Source: a virus (Duplodnaviria > Caudoviricetes). From it: a stretch of 54,380 nt of DNA. Below are positions 28,337-37,811 of the stretch, one piece after another. The notes beneath the pieces are model-generated. The model did no database searches. It saw only the letters and a program-made list of their open reading frames with translations, and had not been told where the DNA came from. The first letter of the stretch is position 1. Each line of letters begins with the position of its first letter. Where the stretch lies: the IMG/VR virus record IMGVR_UViG_3300038479_000056, positions 1-54,380 of that record; one strand, 5' to 3'. The translations under genes were made by a program, and so were the position numbers.

Positions 28337-30157
28337 GTGGCCAGTGATTCCAGAATAACCACGGGCCAGCTTGAATTTTCGCAAGGGATCGACAGCAGCA
28401 AGGTGCCGCTGATCCAATCCCAGGCCAATCCCAACGGTCTGCCCCGGAATATGCTCAGTTGGCTGACCAACGGCTCCTGCAGGGGAGGGGGCGTGACTCC
28501 GCGCGGCGGTTTCGAGCCTTTGGTCAAGGTCGCCCCGGCCAGCGCGGGGTTGTATCAGGGCGGTTTCCTTTACGACCAAAGCTCGCTCGGCGCGGGCGGG
28601 CATCCCTACCTGATGCTGTCCATCGGCGGGCGCATGATTCAGGTGCGGGTGGACACGGACAATTCGGTCAACGACGTGACCGGCGCTTTCGCTGACCCGG
28701 CGACCGTGGCCAAGGCTTATTTCGTTCAGGGCGTGCAATTTCTCGTGAAGCAGGCCGGGGACGGCCAGACGTTGCCGCTGTTTTGGGATGGGGCAACATT
28801 GCGCCGGTCCGTTGGTATTGGCGGGTCGCCCACCTCTGAACTGCCCGCGGCCACGGCGATGGCCTATTACCAGGGCCAATTCTGGTACGCGCAGAACAAC
28901 TCCTACTGCGCCGGGGACGTGATATTCGACAGCAGTTCAGGCACGGCACCCTACGAGTTTGCCGATTCGATCTTGAAAGTAACGGAGAACCCGGTGGCCT
29001 TTGGTGGGGATGGTTTTGCCATTCCGGCCGGGGCCGGGAACATTACGGGCTTTGGCATCCCGATCAGTCTGGACATGACTTTGGGTCAGGGACCGATTTT
29101 CATTTTCACCAGCAAACAGATTTACGCTTTGACCGTGCCCACGACGCGCGCGGACTGGATTGCGGCCACGTCCACCAACCAGCCGTTGCAGGTCATGGTG
29201 ATGAACGGGCAGGGCGCGACTTCCGACCGCAGCATTGTGGCGGTCAACGGCGACCTCTTTTTTCAGACCTTGGTGCCGGGAATAATGAGCTTTTTCATGG
29301 CCTTGCGCTATTTCGAGACTTGGGGCAACAGCCCGATCAGCAACAACATCAACCGGGTCATGCAGTTCAACAACCGGGCTTTGATGAACGTCGCTACCGG
29401 CATTTCCTTCAATAACCGGCTCTTGCAAGGCATTTTGCCCGTGCAAACGCCGGTGGGCATCGGCTACCAAGCTCTGGCCGTGCTGGACACCGACCCTGTC
29501 TCGACGCTCCAAAACCAGAATGACCCGGCCTGGGACGGCATGTACGAGGGCTTAGATTTCCTGCAATTGTTCGAGGGCGATTACGGCGGGTTGCAGCGGG
29601 CCTTTGCCGTCGTTCACAGCCGCCTCGATGACAGCATCGAAGTTTGGGAACTGAGCCTGGCCGACATTGCGGACCGGGCCAACACCACCGACCCGGAACG
29701 AATCACGATGTGGCTGGAAACACCCGCTTTTGACTGGTCCGAGTTCCCGCGCGCCGCCGGGGGCGGGCCGTTTGCCTGTAAACGCCTCGACGGAATTGAT
29801 GCGTGGTTTGACCAGGTACTAGGCACGGTACTCATCACAATTCAATTTCGGCCCGATCAAAATTCGTGTTGGTATGATTGGGGCACCACTGAAATCTGTT
29901 CGGCAGAAAATACCTGTGCGGACGTAGTTAATCCGCAGTGTTACCCTACACAGCCGAATAATCCCGGCTACCGGATGCCGATTTGCTTTGGGCCACCCAC
30001 GAATCCAGATTGTCAGCCCGGAAATAAGAGGCCAGTGACCGTCGGTTATTCTTTTCAGGTAAAGATCACCGTGAAAGGATACTGTCGATTGCGAGGTTTT
30101 CATTTGCACGCAGTTCCATTTCAGACTGCACCATTTTACCACATGATAAAGTGCTGA
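28337..30157 (+). CDS. Putative tail tubular B / DNA stabilisation protein
   Basis: About 600 aa, propeller-like composition (RSIVAVNGDLFF); last gene of the structural operon. Confidence 0.55.
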   Translation: MASDSRITTGQLEFSQGIDSSKVPLIQSQANPNGLPRNMLSWLTNGSCRGGGVTPRGGFEPLVKVAPASAGLYQGGFLYDQSSLGAGGHPYLMLSIGGRMIQVRVDTDNSVNDVTGAFADPATVAKAYFVQGVQFLVKQAGDGQTLPLFWDGATLRRSVGIGGSPTSELPAATAMAYYQGQFWYAQNNSYCAGDVIFDSSSGTAPYEFADSILKVTENPVAFGGDGFAIPAGAGNITGFGIPISLDMTLGQGPIFIFTSKQIYALTVPTTRADWIAATSTNQPLQVMVMNGQGATSDRSIVAVNGDLFFQTLVPGIMSFFMALRYFETWGNSPISNNINRVMQFNNRALMNVATGISFNNRLLQGILPVQTPVGIGYQALAVLDTDPVSTLQNQNDPAWDGMYEGLDFLQLFEGDYGGLQRAFAVVHSRLDDSIEVWELSLADIADRANTTDPERITMWLETPAFDWSEFPRAAGGGPFACKRLDGIDAWFDQVLGTVLITIQFRPDQNSCWYDWGTTEICSAENTCADVVNPQCYPTQPNNPGYRMPICFGPPTNPDCQPGNKRPVTVGYSFQVKITVKGYCRLRGFHLHAVPFQTAPFYHMIKC

Positions 30158-30251
30158 GGTGTTTCCAAGATTTTCGTCTCACGATGGAATGAATACAAGC
30201 GATGCTGACGTGGAATTCATTAGCTAATTGGGTTTGTTCTACATGTCCCAC
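30066..30251 (-). pseudogene. Remnant C-terminal HTH of an HNH homing endonuclease
   Basis: QTQLANEFHVSIACIHSIVRRKSWKHL; no HNH core upstream. Confidence 0.5.
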
Positions 30252-30501
30252 TGTTGGCCTCAGAACGGGGTTTTGAGCGTACCGGCACTATGTCAGGCCC
30301 GGTGGCAGAACGCGCGGTGGCGGGGCCGTGGTGTGGCTCAGGAACGGGTATTAGAGCAACGGGCGCGGCACCAATCCCATATTTCCTTTTGTTTAGATTT
30401 GCTCAGTTTGCGAAAATCGCCCGTCCACATTCCGGCTCGTTTGGCTTCACGATATGGGGTCAGGAATGGGCGGCGGAGACCGGTGCTTTTAAGTCGGATG
30501 C

Positions 30502-30870
30502 TCATAGAATTTCAATCTTGACCAGGACGCCGGGGCTGCCGCTGGATTTAATCTGCAAGTATTCCCATTCCAGACGCGGATCGGCGTCATCCACGCCCAG
30601 GCTGGCCGCTATGGCGTCCCGGAGCGGTTTTGCTGCGTAAGTTGCATTATCCGAGTCAAGGAGGCGCGGGCCGATTCGGATGATTGCAATGCGGACTTCC
30701 AGGCGGCGTGGACTTCGGCTGAGTACTTTCGGCTCACGCTCCAATGCTGATACCGGGTCTGGTTTGCGCTCTTGAGCTTGACCGGCACCCACACTACTAA
30801 GATCGAGGTTGCGGCGGATGGTGGATTGGCTGGCATGGGGAAAAAGTTTTTTGATTGTGGCAACATCCAT
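30502..30870 (-). CDS. RusA-like Holliday junction resolvase
   Basis: LLDSDNA..KPLRDAI..GVDDAD. Confidence 0.65.
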   Translation of the reverse strand: MDVATIKKLFPHASQSTIRRNLDLSSVGAGQAQERKPDPVSALEREPKVLSRSPRRLEVRIAIIRIGPRLLDSDNATYAAKPLRDAIAASLGVDDADPRLEWEYLQIKSSGSPGVLVKIEIL

Positions 30871-30872
30871 AA

Positions 30873-31250
30873 TCAGAACGGAGGATTTTCCCAATTACTT
30901 CGGGTCATTTTCGGGTTCTCTTGCTGGCTCCGTTGCTGGATAAGCCGCTGTGCGACCGCTATGGCCAGGAACCGGCGCGCGGCGGCGATATGTTTGCACT
31001 CGCGCCAGTCGGTGACAGGCTTGGTCTTGATCCGCTTCTGATGCTTGAATTGAAACGCCTCACATTGGCAGGCGCCGAAGCCGCTGAACGCGGCCAGATC
31101 GACGCGATGATGAATACCGGGCCGGGAATCGGACTCGACGGAGAACACCAGGTTCTCTCCGGTCGGCCTGACTCCCGGCACCAGTAGAGCGAGTGCGATC
31201 AAGCGGCCTTCGGTTCCGGGGCGGTGTTCATTCGGCCACCTCCGGGGCAT
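30873..31250 (-). CDS. SWIM-like zinc finger protein
   Basis: CQCEAF...ECKHI. Confidence 0.6.
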   Translation of the reverse strand: MPRRWPNEHRPGTEGRLIALALLVPGVRPTGENLVFSVESDSRPGIHHRVDLAAFSGFGACQCEAFQFKHQKRIKTKPVTDWRECKHIAAARRFLAIAVAQRLIQQRSQQENPKMTRSNWENPPF

Positions 31251-31539
31251 CCACGTCTTTGACTGTGATTTTATCTTTGCCCGGTTCCAATCTTAGCAAG
31301 TGTCCGTCCCACTGGTAAACCAGCGTGTTGCTGTTTCGCATCTGGCTCGCCAGAGATTCGGCGGCGGTTTTGACCGCTTCTTTGGCGTTGTCGGCGGCTT
31401 CCTTGGCGTCAATCCAATCGACGGCAAGTCGTTCCAGAGTTGGATTGCGAACTGGTGCCACTCCCTGCCCTTTCATCTCGGGCAAGTCCGGTTGCTTGAC
31501 CGTGCCCCGTCCTTTTCTGTTCATCGTTGCTTTTGGCAT
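31228..31539 (-). CDS. Hypothetical protein
   Basis: ORF packing. Confidence 0.6.
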   Translation of the reverse strand: MPKATMNRKGRGTVKQPDLPEMKGQGVAPVRNPTLERLAVDWIDAKEAADNAKEAVKTAAESLASQMRNSNTLVYQWDGHLLRLEPGKDKITVKDVDAPEVAE

Positions 31540-31648
31540 TTGTTTTGTCCTTTATTTTGGGGTTTCTATGGGTTGACTAAAGACCGGACTTTTCAGCAAA
31601 CCAATCAGTCACGGTCAAGTGATGTTCTCCGGTCGGGAATTTAGATTT

Positions 31649-31966
31649 TCATAGATCCCAATCCCCTTCCTTTTCTGCTACTCCAAACTCACCAAATCGA
31701 CAACGGCAACCATTCGGGTTCCAGAGACAATGAACACAGCATCCAACTAAGCCACCGGAATCGGTGTAAGTACGTTTTACGATTGCTTCACAACGCGGGC
31801 AGCGCGTCCTCCGGAACATGATATGCAGTGGTAAACATGGAACGAAACAAATCCAGACATCGGAATTCAACTCGCCTTTGCGCCAAAAAATCCCAATCCA
31901 GAAATCTTCCAGTTTCCACTCAAATCGGGCTGTGACAATCCAGTTCAAATCAGGAGTGGTAATCAT
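31649..31966 (-). CDS. Hypothetical Cys/Trp-rich protein
   Basis: DFWIGIFW and CxxC motifs. Confidence 0.55.
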   Translation of the reverse strand: MITTPDLNWIVTARFEWKLEDFWIGIFWRKGELNSDVWICFVPCLPLHIMFRRTRCPRCEAIVKRTYTDSGGLVGCCVHCLWNPNGCRCRFGEFGVAEKEGDWDL

Positions 31967-31969
31967 ACT

Positions 31970-32698
31970 TTAAAATTCGATCAAATCGACTCTTTCTAGA
32001 ATGCGCCGGAGAATTCCTCTGCTGTATTCATCAGAAAACCCGGCCTCGATCCGTTCCACGGCGAGGTCGGTCGTGAACAGCGTCGGCAGGCACTTGACCA
32101 GGCGGACGTTGAGCAATTCAAAAAATGCTTCCTCGCTGGCCGGCGTGGACCGGCCTTTGCCGAGATCGTCCAGGAATAGAATCTGGACCTTGCCCAACGC
32201 CGAAACGTACTCAAGCATCTGCCGTTGTTCCGAAGCGGCTAGGGCCGTGACGGTCGCCCGGAAGTCAACATGGGTCAGAGCGTTCATGGTCCGGCCCAGG
32301 TTCCACTCCCGTTGCAGCAGTTTCCACATAAACCGCGTCTTGCAATGGCCATTGTCGCCCGACACGAGCAAACCGCGCTCGCCATACTTCCAGTTGATGA
32401 GTTTGGCCAGGTTCTCGCTCTTAGACCATTTCCGACCCCATTCAATGTCCTTCTGGTACTCTGGCGGGCATAAGGTCTGCCAGCTTGTCAGCCGGGCATT
32501 TTCCGAAGCCATGATCTGCGCGGCCTTAATCTTGCCAGCCACGGCATCGGCACAGGTGTTGCACCTAACCTTGCCGGAACGGGCCATACGCTCCATTGCG
32601 CCGTGGTATGGCGCGTCCTCGGATGGTATCTCGACGGCGAACATGGCGCCGCACTCACAGCAGCGGACGGGAATTAGATCGTTGGCGGGCGCGGTCAT
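31970..32698 (-). CDS. DnaC/IstB-like ATPase (helicase loader)
   Basis: N-terminal CxxC pairs; GDNGHCKT; LFLDDLGK; PTLFTTD. Confidence 0.8.
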   Translation of the reverse strand: MTAPANDLIPVRCCECGAMFAVEIPSEDAPYHGAMERMARSGKVRCNTCADAVAGKIKAAQIMASENARLTSWQTLCPPEYQKDIEWGRKWSKSENLAKLINWKYGERGLLVSGDNGHCKTRFMWKLLQREWNLGRTMNALTHVDFRATVTALAASEQRQMLEYVSALGKVQILFLDDLGKGRSTPASEEAFFELLNVRLVKCLPTLFTTDLAVERIEAGFSDEYSRGILRRILERVDLIEF

Positions 32699-33495
32699 GG
32701 TTTGATAGCGAATTTAGCCCGCACATAATCCAGCGCGGCCAGATATTCTTTTTCATGTCGGGTTCCGGCATGGACTTCTTTGACTTGTGACTCAAATTTT
32801 TCGATTGAATCCAAAAAACAGCCCGCACCGATTTGGATTATTTCATTGAGAACATAGGCGGTCATCATGGCCGATCTCGAACCAAGCGGCCCAAGCACAA
32901 TACACTCGTATGTCATTGTGATGCTGGCCCCCTTACCGATGTTGGCCAGCGCACCGATGCTGGCCTCCTCACCGATGCTGGCCCGCTCACCGATGCTGGC
33001 CCGCTCACCGATGCTGGCCCGCTCACCGATGCTGGCCCCCTCACCGATGTTGACCCCCTCACCGATTCTGACCCCCTTACCGATTCTGGCCTCCTCACCG
33101 ATGCTGACCCCCTCACCGATGATGGCCCACTCACCGATTCTGGCCCCCTTACCGATGTTGGCCAGCGCACCGATTCTGGCCTCCTCCCCGATGTTGGCCA
33201 GCGCACCGATTCTGGCCCACTCACCGATGATGACCCCCTCACCGATTCTGACCCCCTCACCGATTCTGGCCAGCGCACCGATGTTGGCCCCCTCACCGAT
33301 GCTGGCCCGCTCACCGATTCTGGCCTCCTCACCGATGCTGACCCCCTCACCGATGTTGGCCAGCGCACCGATGTTGGCCTCCTCCCCGATGCTGGCCCCC
33401 TCACCGATGATGATTTGGCGTTGTTTTAGTTCGGCAGTTAAATCTCCTTCAAACAATTTTAACAGACCATTTTTTTCCTTGAGATATATTTTCAT
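32695..33495 (-). CDS. Left-handed beta-helix hexapeptide-repeat protein
   Basis: About 27 IGExAx repeats; C-terminal GPLGSR..GCF domain. Confidence 0.8.
   Translation of the reverse strand: MKIYLKEKNGLLKLFEGDLTAELKQRQIIIGEGASIGEEANIGALANIGEGVSIGEEARIGERASIGEGANIGALARIGEGVRIGEGVIIGEWARIGALANIGEEARIGALANIGKGARIGEWAIIGEGVSIGEEARIGKGVRIGEGVNIGEGASIGERASIGERASIGERASIGEEASIGALANIGKGASITMTYECIVLGPLGSRSAMMTAYVLNEIIQIGAGCFLDSIEKFESQVKEVHAGTRHEKEYLAALDYVRAKFAIKP
32920..33412. repeat. 18-bp coding tandem repeat
   Basis: Variants of the unit ACCGATGCTGGCCCGCTC. Confidence 0.9.
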
Positions 33496-33869
33496 TTCTT
33501 ATTTTCCTCAAGCCACCGTGTCGTGTAGGACTGGCGTTTAGGCTTTGTCGTTTCCGCGCCAAAAAAAGCCCGGATTTTAGGCAGATTTTCGGCTATATCT
33601 TTGAATGTGGCCACCCATTGGTGCCGGTACTTGTCCCGGCCCAGTCCAAGAATCATTCCTTTCAAAAATCCTTCCACTTCACATTTCAACAACGCCTCCA
33701 ATTCCGCCAAATCCTTGGCTTGGCGCGCGGCCCCAACCGGTTTCATCCTCGGGAACTGTTCCCAAAGCCGAACGGCGGCGGCGCGGGTCGCGTCAGAGAT
33801 CGGGTTAGGAACGGATTTCTTCATGAGCATCATTCGCATCCAGATCTCCGACCGCGCCCTTCCGGGCAT
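33492..33869 (-). CDS. Hypothetical protein (possible replication initiator C-terminal-like); start uncertain
   Basis: LWEQFPR motif; located upstream of the loader. Confidence 0.45.
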   Translation of the reverse strand: MPGRARSEIWMRMMLMKKSVPNPISDATRAAAVRLWEQFPRMKPVGAARQAKDLAELEALLKCEVEGFLKGMILGLGRDKYRHQWVATFKDIAENLPKIRAFFGAETTKPKRQSYTTRWLEENKK

Positions 33870-33954
33870 GAAACAGGTTCCGGCGCGGCGGGTTCAGTTT
33901 CTGTTCCAAGTCCGCAATCTGATCATGTCTTTGAAGCGGTTTCCTGCCATAACA

Positions 33955-35874
33955 TTAGAGTTGGATAAATTTTACTTCTTTGACGTTTTTAAAACCGGCA
34001 TACGCGGTTGCGTCTGGCTCAAGACAAATCGCTTGGTCAATAATGTTTTTTCGGACAAGCTGAATCAAGCGATCAACAACGATGACTTTTTTATCAGGCT
34101 GGAAAGTTGCAAGTTCATCAAGAATTATTAGCCGAATAGGTGCTAACGATGCGAGAGCGCAAGCAAAGGCCACATACGATAATTTTTGTTCGCTGTCGGA
34201 AAAGCATTCGTGCGTTATCCAGCTACCGAGCGGGGCCGTGAATCCCGGCCTGGCCATGTCCAGCTTGGACACGCGCCGGCCCAGGTCGCCCTCGACGAAT
34301 TCCAGCGGGCTATTGAGCATCCCGTCCGTGAAATGGCGGGCGGTGGCCAGGACGGTGCTAAAGGCAGTCTCTGTCGCTCTTTGCTGCTCATCCACAACAA
34401 GTTTTACGACCGACTTTAACACATCCGCCCTGGCTTGATTGGTGACAAGCTCGGCCTCAAGTTCCTCGCGCTTGGCCATGTCCCGCTCGTAAGTTTGTCG
34501 CAGACCTTGTTGCGACTGCAAGGTCGCGATTTTGGCTTTGAGATCGCGCCGATCCAAGTCCGTATTCGGCTCCGGAGCGGCAGCCGCGCTCAATTCCGCT
34601 GCTAGACTGTCCCGCGCCGCAATAGCATCGGCAATGGCTTCCTTGTCCGCTTCGAGCGCGGTCTTGGTATCGGCCCATTCCTGACTTTGTAGCCGATTCT
34701 CTGATTCGGTTTTGCGCATCTGGATGACAAAGCCTTTGAGGCTGGTCGCGTTCGCGCCGGCGTCGGTGTGAATGGTGGTGAGCGTGGCCAGCTTCGCTTG
34801 CAAATTCGCTATTTGCGCGCCGGCGGTCTTGACCGCCCGGTCTTGCCAGCCTTTCGCGGCCGATAGACATTTCGGGCAATGCGCGGCCACCCGCAAATCG
34901 CCGATCTCCGTTTGCAGCGCGTTAATGGTCGCGGTCAGATGCTCAATCCGGTTTGCGGCGTTTCCCTTCATTTCTAGCACCGTTTGCAATTCTTCTTCGA
35001 TATCATCAAGGGGCTGCGTCGGTTTGAGCTTGGCCATATCGGTAGCCACCGTCGCTAATTCGTTCCCGATGAAATCCAGCAGAGACAACACCGGCGTTTG
35101 CTGGTATTTGCGCGAGTAAGCCGCGAGCACGTTATTAACATTGTCCAGGCTCCGTTGCTTCGTGGCCCGGTCGGTCTGGTTTCCGACCTGGATTTGGGCC
35201 AGGGCTTGCCGGGCCTGCTCAAGTTCGCCGGCAACATCAGCGGGCTTGGAAGCGGGCAGCGTGAAACCATTGACCTTGCCCGCGGCGATCTTGGCTGTGT
35301 CGGCGGCGATCTTGGCCTCGACCTTGCAGCGATCAACCAACTGGGCAGAGCCGGTCATGGTATCAACCCATTCCGTCACTTCCTCGAGTACGGCCGCGCG
35401 CACTTTGGCCGGCATAACCTGTATCTCGTTCAGTCGGGTCTTGATCTTGGCGGGCAAATCCTTGCCCGCGCCGGGACATGACGCAAATATCGTCGCAATC
35501 CGTTCCGCGCCCGTCAACGCGAAGAAGCTCCTTGGCTCAAGTAGCAACGGCGGCATGGCCAAGTCCGGCGGCACCCCGCCCTCGACGCTGATCTTGCCCT
35601 TGGCGTCCCGGCTCCATTTCCAGTCCACCTTCCGGCCTTGCTCAAGCCCAAGATGAAGGCTCATTTCCCCGGCGCTATCCGGGTTCCCGGCCAAACACCA
35701 GATGCCTTTGGTGCCAATCGGCGGCGGGAGCGAACCGGCCAGAGCGAGGCGGATAGCTTTGGCGACACGAGTTTTTCCCATGTAATTCCCGCCTAAAATT
35801 AAGGTCACGGCTCCAAGTTCGTAATCGAAATCCGAGCCTTGGAAGTTCCGACCTTGGACAGATAGGATTTTCAT
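33955..35874 (-). CDS. SbcC/Rad50-like ATPase
   Basis: GGNYMGKT, coiled coil with CPKC hook, FSDSE signature, IILDE. Confidence 0.8.
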   Translation of the reverse strand: MKILSVQGRNFQGSDFDYELGAVTLILGGNYMGKTRVAKAIRLALAGSLPPPIGTKGIWCLAGNPDSAGEMSLHLGLEQGRKVDWKWSRDAKGKISVEGGVPPDLAMPPLLLEPRSFFALTGAERIATIFASCPGAGKDLPAKIKTRLNEIQVMPAKVRAAVLEEVTEWVDTMTGSAQLVDRCKVEAKIAADTAKIAAGKVNGFTLPASKPADVAGELEQARQALAQIQVGNQTDRATKQRSLDNVNNVLAAYSRKYQQTPVLSLLDFIGNELATVATDMAKLKPTQPLDDIEEELQTVLEMKGNAANRIEHLTATINALQTEIGDLRVAAHCPKCLSAAKGWQDRAVKTAGAQIANLQAKLATLTTIHTDAGANATSLKGFVIQMRKTESENRLQSQEWADTKTALEADKEAIADAIAARDSLAAELSAAAAPEPNTDLDRRDLKAKIATLQSQQGLRQTYERDMAKREELEAELVTNQARADVLKSVVKLVVDEQQRATETAFSTVLATARHFTDGMLNSPLEFVEGDLGRRVSKLDMARPGFTAPLGSWITHECFSDSEQKLSYVAFACALASLAPIRLIILDELATFQPDKKVIVVDRLIQLVRKNIIDQAICLEPDATAYAGFKNVKEVKFIQL

Positions 35875-35877
35875 GGC

Positions 35878-36315
35878 TTAATATGGGATTGAATCATCTT
35901 CTTCCACCGGCGGCGGCGCGGGCTTGCCACCGGGCCGGGGCGGGGCTGCGGCAGAGGCAGGGGCAGGGGCAGGGGCAGGGGCGGCAGCGGCTTGGGGGCG
36001 GGGCGCGCGTACACGAATGCCGCCAGTGATCCTGCCGCCGTACACGATGTTCGGGTCATCGTACAGCACGATTTTGCGCCCCGGCCAATGCTCGGTTTCG
36101 CGCGAGCCAACAATGTTGGCGATCATTTCACGGTTAACCTTGTTGCAGGCCAGCCCCTTATCCACCTCGGCGAAGAAAATCACCGGCTTATTTTCCGGTG
36201 AATCATCTTGGCGGGCCACGTTTTGGACTTCGATTTTTGTGATGGTGACAAGGATGCCACGGCCACAGTCTTGTTTCGTTAAGTATCTGCTTTCGCTGAA
36301 TTGGTCTATGTTCAT
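35878..36315 (-). CDS. Putative ssDNA-binding protein
   Basis: OB-like core (SRYL..NKVN..GGIRVR); Pro/Ala linker; acidic tail DDSIPY. Confidence 0.65.
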   Translation of the reverse strand: MNIDQFSESRYLTKQDCGRGILVTITKIEVQNVARQDDSPENKPVIFFAEVDKGLACNKVNREMIANIVGSRETEHWPGRKIVLYDDPNIVYGGRITGGIRVRAPRPQAAAAPAPAPAPASAAAPPRPGGKPAPPPVEEDDSIPY

Positions 36316-36378
36316 ATTAAGTTCAGGTTCATGTTTTGTTTATCCCCGCACCCGCCACAACGGCGGATCAGGAAAGGG

Positions 36379-37107
36379 TTAAATCTTCTCTCTCAGCACG
36401 GCCTCGAACACGGCCCGCGTCGCGGCGTGAACGCCTTCCGGGGCCATCAAGAAGCCGCTGTTGTCCGCTGTATTTGGCGCTACGCCGGTCAGCACTGCGG
36501 CCAGGCAACGGTCGTAAAGCAGCACCAAAGCCATTATTCGCGCGGCATCGGAATTGGGAATGGAACCGGGAGCGACGAGCGGCGCAACTGCCGCTTTTGG
36601 TCCGCGGTCAGTTGTCGGGCCGGGTTCACCGCTCCCGGAAATGGGACCTGGAGCGATGAGCGGCGCAGCTTGCGCTTTTGCCCCGCCCTCAGTTGCCGAA
36701 GGGCTGGTTCGAAGTTCATCGCTCCCGGAAATTGGTTTCGGCTCTGGCTGTTTCACTTCCGCCTCGACCCAGTGCAGTTCGCCTTTAGCCGTGAGCCGGA
36801 GCAGCTCCTTGGCATCTACCTTGACCCCGAACAGCCGTTTGTGCTCGTTCTCGGTCGAGAGCAGGCACAGGCCCTTGCCAACGGCGCTGGCGGGCACGGC
36901 GGGCTTGTTGACAATCTCCACCGCGACTTCGGCCCCGGCCTTGTCAGTCAGAATAAGCGTCTGGACGCTCCAAGGCCGCTTCGTGCCGTCCGGGTTGACG
37001 GCGATGTCGGCATAATGTTCGCCCACGGCTTTGACCACGCCCCGGACACCGGCCAGAACCGTGCCGGGCGCGAGCGTGGGAATGACGGAGATGGGAGTTA
37101 GGGTCAT
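36379..37107 (-). CDS. Hypothetical OB-fold-like protein with repeated linker
   Basis: QTLILTDKAGAEV; internal repeats. Confidence 0.55.
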   Translation of the reverse strand: MTLTPISVIPTLAPGTVLAGVRGVVKAVGEHYADIAVNPDGTKRPWSVQTLILTDKAGAEVAVEIVNKPAVPASAVGKGLCLLSTENEHKRLFGVKVDAKELLRLTAKGELHWVEAEVKQPEPKPISGSDELRTSPSATEGGAKAQAAPLIAPGPISGSGEPGPTTDRGPKAAVAPLVAPGSIPNSDAARIMALVLLYDRCLAAVLTGVAPNTADNSGFLMAPEGVHAATRAVFEAVLREKI

Positions 37108-37111
37108 AGGG

Positions 37112-37468
37112 TTATTTTTCTATTGTCAGCAAAGCTAGCACTTCCCGACGCCAATATCTCTGAGCACCAACTTTGGCGGCGGCGAGTGTTTTGAATCGGT
37201 GCCTTTTTTTTGTCAAAGAATTGAAAATTTCTCCGCAGTGACCGCATCTGTCAGGGTTTGCTCCCCAGTACTGATACACTCCCCATTTGAACGGACGCCT
37301 CGGAAAGCATCTACCGGGTTCATACACACAAACAACTCTGGCTTCTGAGCATGTCTCACCAAACCAGCAGCCGGATGAAGCAAGCACCCATCGCAGAGGT
37401 TTGACTGTAATTTTGCTCACTTGGAACCTTCTTGTTGCAGGGCCAAAGCAATGAGGCGGCGAATCCAA
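37112..37468 (-). CDS. Hypothetical protein
   Basis: ORF; start uncertain. Confidence 0.45.
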   Translation of the reverse strand: MDSPPHCFGPATRRFQVSKITVKPLRWVLASSGCWFGETCSEARVVCVYEPGRCFPRRPFKWGVYQYWGANPDRCGHCGEIFNSLTKKRHRFKTLAAAKVGAQRYWRREVLALLTIEK

Positions 37469-37560
37469 TTTTGTACGTTCAACCCTTCTTTTTTTGCCTC
37501 GATGCGGACCAGCGCCAGCGTTTGCGATTCAAGTTTCAAATGAACTTGTTTTATCTTCAT
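37417..37560 (-). CDS. Ribbon-helix-helix-like regulator
   Basis: KQVHLKL..VRIEAKKEGLNVQNWIRRLI; promoter-like TTGCGT..TATCTT just upstream. Confidence 0.6.
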   Translation of the reverse strand: MKIKQVHLKLESQTLALVRIEAKKEGLNVQNWIRRLIALALQQEGSK

Positions 37561-37667
37561 GCACCCGAAGATACCGAACGTCACAAATAACGCAAGAACT
37601 ATTTTTCGCTTTTTTAGCATCCCCTCTCAAATCCCGTTCCCGTAACGGCTTGCGACTGGAAATAATT

Positions 37668-37808
37668 TCAATAAAAGCCTGCCTTGTTTGGCCCTGGTAC
37701 AATTCGTTTCTTTTTCTTGTGTTTGTGCTTCCCCTTGTCGATGTGCTCGGTTTTGCGACTCATGTAGTCCGCGTATGATTTCTTCGGGCCGTCTGATTTG
37801 GCTGGCAT
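37668..37808 (-). CDS. 46-aa Lys-rich protein (not in ORF track)
   Basis: MPAKSDGPKKSYADYMSRKTEHIDKGKHKHKKKKRIVPGPNKAGFY; starts 3 nt after the previous stop. Confidence 0.5.
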   Translation of the reverse strand: MPAKSDGPKKSYADYMSRKTEHIDKGKHKHKKKKRIVPGPNKAGFY

Positions 37809-37811
37809 GAT

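Noticed and set aside
32920-33412. CRISPR array or several overlapping genes
   Set aside because: Contiguous 18-bp units without spacers; the other open frames are a by-product of the repeat
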